Of a stretch of DNA of 64,000 nucleotides, positions 40,491 to 48,874 are shown one piece after another. Source of the stretch: an uncultured virus (IMG/VR IMGVR_UViG_3300024319_000011) (lineage: Duplodnaviria > Heunggongvirae > Uroviricota > Caudoviricetes); the IMG/VR virus record IMGVR_UViG_3300024319_000011. One strand, given 5' to 3'. Below the pieces are notes generated by a model. The model did not search any database. It had not been told where the DNA came from and worked only from the letters and a program-made list of their open reading frames with translations. The position numbers and the translations under genes were made by a program. The first letter of the stretch is position 1. Every line of letters starts with the position of its first letter.

Positions 40491-41416
40491 AAGTAGCCGT
40501 TTACCTTAGCGGAATACCTAAACGAAGCAAGAACGAATTTAAAAAAATGATCTTGCGTAGTTGGCACGACGGTGTACGAGCTGTAGGTGATAAAGTTGTA
40601 CTAGTAGAAGACAATCGTATTGTCAACTGCGACATTGCTGTAATACAAGGATATGTACACGAACACAGCAGACAAAGTCCACATCTATTAATTAGAAAAA
40701 ATGCAATTGATCATCAACGACAGCATGGTAAACACAGTTTAATCATTGATAGCAATCTTTATCAATTTATGAATCCACAAGATATTAACAAATATTTACG
40801 TTACGGACTAGATGGCATATTTGCAAATGACGCTTGGTACTTTAATAAAAATCCTGATCTATCTAGATGGAACAAAATTAAACAGTCATATGGATTTGAG
40901 GAACGTGACTATCACTCAGGTACAGATATTTTAGTATGCTTACAACGAAGTGGTGGGTGGTCAATGGCAGGCGAAGATGTTTTAAATTGGATAACCAAAA
41001 CTATTAATGTTGTTAGAGCAAGTACAGATAGACCAATTGTTGTTAGAGGACATCCAGGCAATTTAGAAACAATTCAGCAGTTTGATAATACACGATGGCG
41101 TAATGTAACAAAACAAAATCCTAAAGAAGTTGATCTTATAACGCAACTTGATCGTACACATGCAACAGTGACTTATAATTCATCACCTGGCGTTGCTAGT
41201 TTATTATGTGGAGTACCGGTATTTGTTACAGATCCACAACCAGAACGTAGTCAGGTTTTCCCTTACTGCAATACTGATTTATCTCACATTGAAATACCTA
41301 CAAAGCACGATAGACAAGAGTTTTATCATAAACTTGCACAGTGTCATTGGACTACAGCTGAAGTACAATCTGGAGAAGCGTATCGCTTTATGCGAAGTCG
41401 TTTACCTAACTCTTAG
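40487..41416 (+). CDS. KpsS/KpsC-like glycosyltransferase
   Basis: VCLQ, VRGHP, VTYNSS, GVPVF motifs. Confidence 0.6.
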   Translation: MKVAVYLSGIPKRSKNEFKKMILRSWHDGVRAVGDKVVLVEDNRIVNCDIAVIQGYVHEHSRQSPHLLIRKNAIDHQRQHGKHSLIIDSNLYQFMNPQDINKYLRYGLDGIFANDAWYFNKNPDLSRWNKIKQSYGFEERDYHSGTDILVCLQRSGGWSMAGEDVLNWITKTINVVRASTDRPIVVRGHPGNLETIQQFDNTRWRNVTKQNPKEVDLITQLDRTHATVTYNSSPGVASLLCGVPVFVTDPQPERSQVFPYCNTDLSHIEIPTKHDRQEFYHKLAQCHWTTAEVQSGEAYRFMRSRLPNS

Positions 41417-42242
41417 TAACACGTTTCCAATACTTAACGTTTTGATTTGCACCTTGATTTCTTATAGTAACATCTTCTGGGAAACTATGGCCTAGCTCTT
41501 TGCGTCTAAAGCCTTTCATATGATCCATTACTGTACCTAGTTGACTAGCAATAAATGGATGTCCAGGTCCTTTACCTGGTAGCTCAGGCGACAAGTTATA
41601 AAACTTTGTGCCTTGTTCTTGATATTGTTTACGTATATGATCAAACACATAACTATCGTGATATTCTTTTAAGTTAAATACACCTTCGTTAACATACAAG
41701 TCACGCCAATCAAGCATAAACTTTTTGCAGTCAGCGTGTTTGACATTGTATGCTACCCAACCACACTCTGAATGATACTTGGCTCTGCGTCCTAGATAAC
41801 TTACAAAGTGACTACCTGGGCATACTTGGCTGAGAAATTCTTCTGTTACCGGACTATGTGTTTTTGAGTCTGCATCAATCCATATTACCCAATCACTATC
41901 TATGGTCTGACAGGCATCTATAACTGTGAATACTTTGTTTGAAAATCTAACAGCGTCCCACTTAAAGTTGTTTTGCTCAAACTTTAGTCCTGTTTCTTTC
42001 ATCTCTTCGCCATTGGCCCAAGGAACTGTTTTAAATTTATTTTTAAATGCAACAAGTTCAGGGGAACGCTCATGCAAGTCAACAACTTTTACATTGCTCT
42101 TAGTTGTTATAGGAGTACAGTCTTCAGCATAACATACTAAATCAACTGAATCAGGCCAATATTTTTCAAAAGTATCAATCATGGTTTGTGCATATTGATC
42201 CAATCCAGGCTTGTGAAAAGTTGTTATTAGAGTGTATTTCAT
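41406..42242 (-). CDS. GT-A fold glycosyltransferase
   Basis: WDAVRFSNKV, WIDAD (DxD), ECG, YHDS, HMKG. Confidence 0.7.
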   Translation of the reverse strand: MKYTLITTFHKPGLDQYAQTMIDTFEKYWPDSVDLVCYAEDCTPITTKSNVKVVDLHERSPELVAFKNKFKTVPWANGEEMKETGLKFEQNNFKWDAVRFSNKVFTVIDACQTIDSDWVIWIDADSKTHSPVTEEFLSQVCPGSHFVSYLGRRAKYHSECGWVAYNVKHADCKKFMLDWRDLYVNEGVFNLKEYHDSYVFDHIRKQYQEQGTKFYNLSPELPGKGPGHPFIASQLGTVMDHMKGFRRKELGHSFPEDVTIRNQGANQNVKYWKRVTKS

Positions 42243-42261
42243 ATAAGTATTTACACAGATT

Positions 42262-43119
42262 ATGAAAACACTAACTTATTTTCCGGACTATTGCAGTCTT
42301 AACTCTAAGCCGGTCATTGAAGCATTCCTAGAGAGTGCTAGCAAACATTACAAAATAGTAGAAAACGATATAAATGCAGATGTTGCAGTTATATGGTCGT
42401 GTCTCTGGGCGGGTCGTATGAGAGGCAATGAAGAAGTATACAACCACTTTAAAAACCACAATAAACCCTGTCTAATACTTGAAGTAGGCGCCCTACAACG
42501 CAATATCACCTGGAAAGTAGCTCTTAACCACATAACAAATGACGGCACTTACGGAAATAAAGATAATTTAGATTGGGATAGACCTAAGAAATTAGGCTTA
42601 CCTGAATTACACCCACCACGCAGACATTATCAAAAAGAATCAATCCTAGTCTGCCTACAGCATGATAAAAGTGAACAAGTAAGTGATATACATGGGATGG
42701 AATATTGGCTACACGATACAATAAAAAATATAGAAGCAAAAACAGATAGACCTATTATTATCAGACCTCACCCAAGATCAGTGTTTGACAGACAAAAGTT
42801 TTTAGACTATGAATTTGAAACACCTAAAAAAATAGAAAGTACATATGATGATTTTGATATTGAATTTAATTATTGGGCAATGATAAACTATAACTCAGCA
42901 GGTCCAGCAGTGCAAAGTTTAATACATGGTTGTCCAATTATAGTAGATGAAACTAGTCTTGCTTATCCTTGTAGTAATAAGTACAGTAACTTAGATAAAC
43001 CTGTAATTGATCTTTATACCAGAGATAAATGGTATGTTGAGATGGCACACACAGAGTATACAGTAGATGAGATTAGAGACGGTCGATGGTATGAGAGGTT
43101 AAAATGGGCGATAGAGTGA
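42262..43119 (+). CDS. KpsS/KpsC-like glycosyltransferase
   Basis: LQHDKS, IRPHP, NYNS, GCP; paralogous to 40487..41416. Confidence 0.6.
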   Translation: MKTLTYFPDYCSLNSKPVIEAFLESASKHYKIVENDINADVAVIWSCLWAGRMRGNEEVYNHFKNHNKPCLILEVGALQRNITWKVALNHITNDGTYGNKDNLDWDRPKKLGLPELHPPRRHYQKESILVCLQHDKSEQVSDIHGMEYWLHDTIKNIEAKTDRPIIIRPHPRSVFDRQKFLDYEFETPKKIESTYDDFDIEFNYWAMINYNSAGPAVQSLIHGCPIIVDETSLAYPCSNKYSNLDKPVIDLYTRDKWYVEMAHTEYTVDEIRDGRWYERLKWAIE

Positions 43120-43826
43120 TTGACTTTGGGTGTTTAATACACGGCAATTATTACAGTTGGGAGTATGTTGAAATACTAAAAGCAAGTATCCAACGCAATA
43201 TATCATCACCTATACGTATGCACGTCTGGACCGAACGAGAACGTGAGGTACCAGCAGGATATATCAAACACAACTTAGTTGACATTGGACTTAGTGGTCC
43301 TAAAAAAGCCTGGTGGTATAAAACACAACTGTTTAATCCTAAAATATATAGCGGTCCAATTATCTATATGGATCTTGACGTTATCATAACAGGCAACTTA
43401 GATTGGATGCGTAAACTATCTTATGAAAACTTTCATGCCGCAAAGGATTTTAAATGTTTATGGAAACGTCATAGGCATGCAATCAATTCAAGCGTTATGG
43501 TTTTTAATACTGCAAACTATGATCATGTATGGGTCAAATATAGAGATAACCAAGAACGTATAACGCATATGTACCACGGTGATCAAAATTATATTGATGA
43601 AGAAATAGTAGATACTAAACGTGAACTACCGCCTGAAAAAATTGTAAGTTATAGATGGCAAGTGTTGCATGGCGGTATGGACTTTAAGAATAGATCGTAT
43701 CCGCATAAAGATGAAATAGACGTTGACATACCCGTAGATGCAAGTATTGTAGTATTTCACGGTGATCCTAAACCACATCAAATAGATAACAATATATTAA
43801 AGCAATTCTGGCGAATAGATAAATAA
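43104..43826 (+). CDS. GT8-like glycosyltransferase
   Basis: WWYK, YMDLD, NSSVM, GDQNYI, VFHGDPKP. Confidence 0.8.
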   Translation: MGDRVIDFGCLIHGNYYSWEYVEILKASIQRNISSPIRMHVWTEREREVPAGYIKHNLVDIGLSGPKKAWWYKTQLFNPKIYSGPIIYMDLDVIITGNLDWMRKLSYENFHAAKDFKCLWKRHRHAINSSVMVFNTANYDHVWVKYRDNQERITHMYHGDQNYIDEEIVDTKRELPPEKIVSYRWQVLHGGMDFKNRSYPHKDEIDVDIPVDASIVVFHGDPKPHQIDNNILKQFWRIDK

Positions 43827-43865
43827 ACATAGCAATAAGCATGCTTAAATTAGGAGAATTATAAA

Positions 43866-44513
43866 ATGGCAAGAACTTTTAAACAATACGGTTGTGCTCA
43901 TGACACAACAGGTTCTGTTAATGTTGCAGTCAGCATTGGCGGAACAGAAGTCTACAATGGTGCTGTTACTGCAGATACAGAACCACATGACGGCGACTTT
44001 CCAAGTGCAGAACTATTTACATTTGAACTAGCTGAAGATGTGTCAGGTGACACAGCTTGGTCAGTTACTGTTACAGGTAGCGAAGGTGCATATGTTAACT
44101 TAGGTAATTTAGAATGTAACAAAGTGAATCCAGAAACAACGATTCCTTTAACTTACTTTACAGATAAAATTGCAACATTTACATCAGCAGACGATATGTT
44201 TACAGCTGAAGAGCAAACATATATTGATACGACACTAGGTGATAGTTTAACATCAGATGTTCGTTCAAAACTACAAGCAGGAACATCAAAACCAGCTGAC
44301 GATGCAAGAGTAGTTATGGAAGCCAATGAAACAGGTAATATGGATCCAGCACAATATGAAGCAGTAGCTAAAGAACTTTCAAATGGTCAACTTGACGGTA
44401 ATGCTCTAGCTGTTGCAGATACAGAACCATCAGTAGGTAACGGCGAAGTTTTAACAATGACAGCAAACTTAACTATACCAACATTTGAGTATAATCCACC
44501 GCTACCAGCGTAA
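43866..44513 (+). CDS. Acidic late (probably structural) protein
   Basis: Late promoter at 43818, AGGAG RBS, followed by a terminator. Confidence 0.65.
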   Translation: MARTFKQYGCAHDTTGSVNVAVSIGGTEVYNGAVTADTEPHDGDFPSAELFTFELAEDVSGDTAWSVTVTGSEGAYVNLGNLECNKVNPETTIPLTYFTDKIATFTSADDMFTAEEQTYIDTTLGDSLTSDVRSKLQAGTSKPADDARVVMEANETGNMDPAQYEAVAKELSNGQLDGNALAVADTEPSVGNGEVLTMTANLTIPTFEYNPPLPA

Positions 44514-44544
44514 AGATTGACTCTACCACTGAGCTAAAATAAAG

Positions 44545-44570
44545 AAAGCACTAGAGATAGTGCTTTTTTT
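44545..44570 (+). terminator. Rho-independent terminator
   Basis: AAAGCACTA-GAGA-TAGTGCTTT plus T-tract. Confidence 0.85.
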
Positions 44571-44580
44571 GTGGCTATTT

Positions 44581-44631
44581 ACACAATATCTAGTCAAAGG
44601 TATTGACATAAAACACAACATATAGTATAAT
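44581..44631 (+). promoter_or_regulatory. Consensus sigma70 promoter with tandem NrdR-like boxes
   Basis: TTGACA (44603)-N17-TATAAT (44626); ACACAATATCTAGTCA (44581) and ACACAACATATAGTAT (44613), 32 bp apart. Confidence 0.7.
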
Positions 44632-44666
44632 TACTGAGTAATTTAAATAAACTCAAGGAGAATTAT

Positions 44667-44819
44667 ATGTTAACACCCAACGATAAAAAGAATTTAGAGA
44701 AAATGTTTCGCCAGGTAAATTTTATAAATGGAGTAGTTACAGCCTTTTTGTTTACTATGTTTATATTAGCTGGCTTTATGTTAGTAGATCTAGTACTTCA
44801 AGGTGCAGGTATAATTTAG
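44667..44819 (+). CDS. 50-aa single-pass membrane peptide (absent from the ORF track)
   Basis: AAGGAG RBS; MLTPNDKKNLEKMFRQVNFINGVVTAFLFTMFILAGFMLVDLVLQGAGII. Confidence 0.75.
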   Translation: MLTPNDKKNLEKMFRQVNFINGVVTAFLFTMFILAGFMLVDLVLQGAGII

Positions 44820-44822
44820 TGG

Positions 44823-44851
44823 TTGACCAAAAAATCCAAAATTGCTATAAT
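44823..44851 (+). promoter_or_regulatory. Sigma70-type early promoter
   Basis: TTGACC-N17-TATAAT with TG extension. Confidence 0.85.
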
Positions 44852-44882
44852 GTAGTTAACAAATAAGATAAAGGAGCAGACA

Positions 44883-45236
44883 ATGGGATTAGATATGACA
44901 GCGTATGCAATAGATCCAACAGCAGACAAAACTCAAGAGCCTACAAAGCTAGCTGAGTGGAGAAAGCATCCTAACTTACACGGGTGGATGGAAAAGTTAT
45001 ATCGTGCTAAGGGTGGTACTGAGGAATCTTTTAATTGTGTTGAAGTTGAATTAACTAAAGCTGATCTTGACAAGCTGTTTGAAGATGTCTGCTTTAATAG
45101 ACTGCCTGATACCACTGGCTTCTTTTATGGTGGTGATGCTGATGACTTTTACAAGCAGAACGACAAGTTCTTTGTTAAAGATGCCTTAGAAGCAATATCC
45201 AAAGGTATGAAAGTCTTTTACAGCAGTTGGTGGTAA
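44883..45236 (+). CDS. Early hypothetical phage protein
   Basis: MGLDM...WRKHPNLHGWM...FNC...TTGFFYG...YSSWW; AAGGAG RBS. Confidence 0.75.
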   Translation: MGLDMTAYAIDPTADKTQEPTKLAEWRKHPNLHGWMEKLYRAKGGTEESFNCVEVELTKADLDKLFEDVCFNRLPDTTGFFYGGDADDFYKQNDKFFVKDALEAISKGMKVFYSSWW

Positions 45237-45237
45237 C

Positions 45238-45420
45238 GTGACGGACTATCGGGAGTATACAGATCAAAACGTATGGGCAAAGGTAGATGACCTATCCATA
45301 AGCACTATAAACAATTTACAGAGACAATTGATTATGTTAGGAATCAATGTTGATGATCAAGACCTAGAAGATATATATGAATTAATTAAACAAAAAGTGG
45401 TAAAAACGGTTGACAATTAA
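45238..45420 (+). CDS. Small hypothetical protein
   Basis: 60-aa ORF filling the gap; GTG start 1 nt after the upstream stop. Confidence 0.5.
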   Translation: MTDYREYTDQNVWAKVDDLSISTINNLQRQLIMLGINVDDQDLEDIYELIKQKVVKTVDN

Positions 45421-45438
45421 TTCAGTTGGTCATATAAT
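45410..45438 (+). promoter_or_regulatory. Sigma70-type early promoter
   Basis: TTGACA-N17-TATAAT. Confidence 0.85.
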
Positions 45439-45480
45439 AATAAAGTTAGGAAAGCAAATAAAACATATTAAGGAGCGAAT

Positions 45481-46296
45481 ATGAAAACAGCAAAAACAAT
45501 ACCATTTAAGAAAGAAACAGATGCTCAAATCATTGAGCGTATTCAACAAAGATTCAATATTCTAGACGATATGACTAAAGCCTGCATCAACGGTGATGTT
45601 AGAGCTATGATCGTAGTAGGCCCTCCAGGGGTAGGTAAGTCATATGGTGTTGAACAGCAACTTGAAAAAGCTAGTTTAATGACTCAACTAGCTAGTCGTC
45701 CTAAACCTTTTGATGTAGTTAAAGGTGCTATGTCAGCTATTGGTTTATATACTAAACTTTTTAACTACAAAGAAAAAGATAATGTCCTGGTGTTTGATGA
45801 TTGTGATTCAGTTTTACAAGATGAACTATCACTAAACATTATCAAAGCGGCACTTGATTCAAAGAAGACTCGTAGAATTTGTTGGAACACTGATTCATAT
45901 AAACTACGCAATGAAGGTGTACCTGAAACATTTGATTTTAAAGGTTCAGCAATTTTTATTACTAATGTTAAGTTTGATAATATTAGAAGTAAAAAGTTAC
46001 AGGATCACTTACAGGCTGTTCAATCAAGATGTCACTACTTGGATCTTACACTAGACACAATGCGTGATAAACTATTGCGTATTAAACAAATTGCTGGTAC
46101 AGGTGCTCTGTTTCAAGACTATGATCTAAATGGACACCAGCAAGAAGAAATATTAGATTTCTTAACAGACAACTGTGAAAAGTTAAACGAAGTAAGTCTG
46201 CGTATGGCACTTAAGGTTGCTGATCTTAGAAAAGTGTCACAATCAAACTGGAGAGCAATGGCCGAAGTAACTTGTATGAAACGCAGAGCGGCTTAG
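45481..46296 (+). CDS. AAA+ ATPase
   Basis: GPPGVGKS Walker A, VLVFDDCD Walker B, IFITN sensor, SRC arginine finger. Confidence 0.85.
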   Translation: MKTAKTIPFKKETDAQIIERIQQRFNILDDMTKACINGDVRAMIVVGPPGVGKSYGVEQQLEKASLMTQLASRPKPFDVVKGAMSAIGLYTKLFNYKEKDNVLVFDDCDSVLQDELSLNIIKAALDSKKTRRICWNTDSYKLRNEGVPETFDFKGSAIFITNVKFDNIRSKKLQDHLQAVQSRCHYLDLTLDTMRDKLLRIKQIAGTGALFQDYDLNGHQQEEILDFLTDNCEKLNEVSLRMALKVADLRKVSQSNWRAMAEVTCMKRRAA

Positions 46297-46300
46297 TTTT

Positions 46301-46375
46301 TAGTCAGTTAGTATCGCTCCTAACATCTTTCTAACTGACTATCGAAAGGCACATTACCAAATTAGTGTGCCTTTC
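46301..46375 (+). other. Two consecutive 3'-UTR hairpins
   Basis: TAGTCAGTTAG/CTAACTGACTA (11 bp, 19-nt loop) and GAAAGGCACA/TGTGCCTTTC. Confidence 0.75.
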
Positions 46376-46400
46376 ACCTTTTATACTATATAATAACTAT

Positions 46401-47861
46401 ATGCGAAATTGTAAAATCATAGTACGTGATGAAGTAAACATCAAGATTGAAGGACTAGAACTTGATGCTCGTAAAACACTGACTAATAAATTTAAGTATG
46501 AAGTTCCTGGTGCTCGTTATATGCCTGCTGTTAGATTAGGTAGGTGGGACGGCAAAGTTGGATTCTTTCAACTCGGTGGAAGTTCATTTGTTAATCTACT
46601 TCCAGACATTATTCCTGTGCTAGAAGAACAGCACTACAATATTGAAGTAGAAGATATTCGTGACTATTCAACTGATTATGGATTTGAAAGAGTCCAAGAA
46701 GATAGTTATAGTGATTATGTATGGCCTCCAAATCATCCTGTTGAAGGCGAACCAATAATGCTACGTGACTATCAGGTTGAAGTGGTTAACAAGTTTTTAG
46801 AAAATCCACAGTGCATACAAGAAGTAGCAACAGGTGCAGGCAAAACATTAATCACAGCAGTGCTAAGTCATAGGTGTGAAGCACATGGACGTACAATAGT
46901 TATTGTTCCAAACAAATCGTTAGTTACACAAACAGAAGCTGACTATATCAATATGGGATTAGATGTAGGAGTGTTCTTTGGCGATCGTAAAGAGTTTGGC
47001 AAGACACATACTATTTGTACTTGGCAGAGCTTAAACATCATGATGAAAAAAACTCGTGCTAAAGATATTGACATCACAATAGATGAGTTTATTGAAGGTG
47101 TTGTCTGCATCATGGTAGATGAAGTACACATGGCCAAAGCAGATGCGTTAAGGACTTTGCTAACGGGCCCAATGAGTGAAATACCTATTCGTTGGGGACT
47201 AACAGGCACAGTGCCAAAAGAAGAATATGAGTTTATGAGTTTAAAGTGTAGCCTAGGTGATGTTATAGGCAGACTAAGTGCAAATGAATTACAACAAGAG
47301 GGTGTATTAGCTCAATGTCATGTTAATGTAGTACAGCTAGTTGATCATGTTGAATACAAATCATATCAAGATGAACTAAAATATTTGTTAGAAACAGAAA
47401 AGAGAGTCAAATATGTTGCTAGCTTAATTGAAACAATTAAAGAAAGTGGAAATACTTTGGTGCTGGTAGATAGGATAGCACCAGGTAAAGCTCTTAGTGA
47501 ACAGATACCTGACTCAGTTTTTGTATCAGGTGCAACTAAAGCACAAGCAAGGAAAGACGAATATGACGAAATTGCAACTATGGACGGTAAGGTTATTATT
47601 GCTACTTATGGCGTGGCCGCTGTGGGCATTAATATACCTAGAATTTTCAACCTCATCCTCGTCGAGCCTGGCAAGAGCTTCGTCAGAGTTATCCAGTCAA
47701 TCGGTAGAGGTATCAGAAAAGCTGAAGATAAAGATTTTGTTCAAATCTGGGATATAACATCCACATGCAAATTTGCTAAAAGACATTTAACTAAACGTAA
47801 ACAATTTTATCGAGAAGCAAACTATCCATTTACTATAGAAAAAACAGATTGGCAAGGATAA
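46401..47861 (+). CDS. uvsW: SF2 DNA helicase (UvsW-like)
   Basis: LRDYQ, ATGAGKT, DEVH, GLTGT, QSIGRGIR; ATG 46401 lies 6 nt after TATAAT. Confidence 0.9.
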   Translation: MRNCKIIVRDEVNIKIEGLELDARKTLTNKFKYEVPGARYMPAVRLGRWDGKVGFFQLGGSSFVNLLPDIIPVLEEQHYNIEVEDIRDYSTDYGFERVQEDSYSDYVWPPNHPVEGEPIMLRDYQVEVVNKFLENPQCIQEVATGAGKTLITAVLSHRCEAHGRTIVIVPNKSLVTQTEADYINMGLDVGVFFGDRKEFGKTHTICTWQSLNIMMKKTRAKDIDITIDEFIEGVVCIMVDEVHMAKADALRTLLTGPMSEIPIRWGLTGTVPKEEYEFMSLKCSLGDVIGRLSANELQQEGVLAQCHVNVVQLVDHVEYKSYQDELKYLLETEKRVKYVASLIETIKESGNTLVLVDRIAPGKALSEQIPDSVFVSGATKAQARKDEYDEIATMDGKVIIATYGVAAVGINIPRIFNLILVEPGKSFVRVIQSIGRGIRKAEDKDFVQIWDITSTCKFAKRHLTKRKQFYREANYPFTIEKTDWQG

Positions 47862-47862
47862 G

Positions 47863-47891
47863 TTGACAATCATCAATGAGGACAGTATAAT
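47863..47891 (+). promoter_or_regulatory. Sigma70-type promoter, probably leaderless transcript
   Basis: TTGACA-N17-TATAAT; ATG 6 nt after the -10 box. Confidence 0.85.
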
Positions 47892-47897
47892 AACTAT

Positions 47898-48398
47898 ATG
47901 AGAATATTAACACTAGACAACATTAGATATGAATTAGACACACTACCTGAAGAAGTAGAAGACATGCGTTTTTCAGTATTAGATAATTCAGACCCGGCTA
48001 ATCCTGATCATCATTGGATTCCTTTAATCTTTTTAGAATCATTCAACTCACCTGCATTAGTATTGCGTATAGGCGAGCATGAAATTAAGATGCCTGTAGA
48101 TTGGCAAATATTAATTGGTGAACCAGACTGCGGAAACTTAGAAGTATTACCATTGACTGCAATCAACGACAGAGGATTTAAAGCGTTTCAGTTTAATCCA
48201 CTAACAGGATTTAGAGGAACCTTTCTTGACATTGAGATTGTAGATGTCTATAATGATGTTAACTGGTACTGTCCGAAACTTAAGAACGGGCAGATGTTAA
48301 CCATACCGTTGGGTGATGAAAAAGAACCTGACTGTATATATTTTGTAAAAGATATTTCACGTAACTGTGAAGTTGTACAATATCATATGGTAGTGTAA
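47898..48398 (+). CDS. Hypothetical protein, possibly degenerate Hint (intein-like) fold
   Basis: Strand pattern parallels intein blocks A, B and F, but the catalytic residues are absent. Confidence 0.45.
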   Translation: MRILTLDNIRYELDTLPEEVEDMRFSVLDNSDPANPDHHWIPLIFLESFNSPALVLRIGEHEIKMPVDWQILIGEPDCGNLEVLPLTAINDRGFKAFQFNPLTGFRGTFLDIEIVDVYNDVNWYCPKLKNGQMLTIPLGDEKEPDCIYFVKDISRNCEVVQYHMVV

Positions 48399-48874
48399 TG
48401 GCAAATACGGATCCACTATACATTGGTAATGAAATGGCGGCCTTTGATCGTAAAGACAGAGACTACTATGATAAATTTACTGATGAACAAAAGAAAAAGT
48501 TTTCAACATATTTGATGTTGCGTTATGGTGCAAGTGTAGGTGGTAACGGAGATCTACAAGCATACTATTTAATGGCAACTAATAAGTATGTCAACAAGCA
48601 CTTCTTTGATTTAAACAAACATACAAAACTACAATGGTTAATGTGTACAGCAGTTAGTCCAAGTATGGGCAAACAGTTTCACTATTGGTTAGCGGCTAAA
48701 AAGAAAGAAGGCAAAGCACCATCAAGTAAAGTAAGGAAATTTGTTAGTGAACTATATCCTAACATGAAATCAGATGAAATGGACTTACTGTTATCATTAT
48801 TAAAACCAAAAGAACTTAAAGAGTTGGCAAAAGAACATGGCTGGGACGACAAACGAATTAAAGCAGACTTATAA
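48398..48874 (+). CDS. Clamp loader small subunit-like (T4 gp62-like)
   Basis: FSTYLMLRY...N...KLQW...W pattern and length similar to gp62 homologues. Confidence 0.55.
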   Translation: MANTDPLYIGNEMAAFDRKDRDYYDKFTDEQKKKFSTYLMLRYGASVGGNGDLQAYYLMATNKYVNKHFFDLNKHTKLQWLMCTAVSPSMGKQFHYWLAAKKKEGKAPSSKVRKFVSELYPNMKSDEMDLLLSLLKPKELKELAKEHGWDDKRIKADL

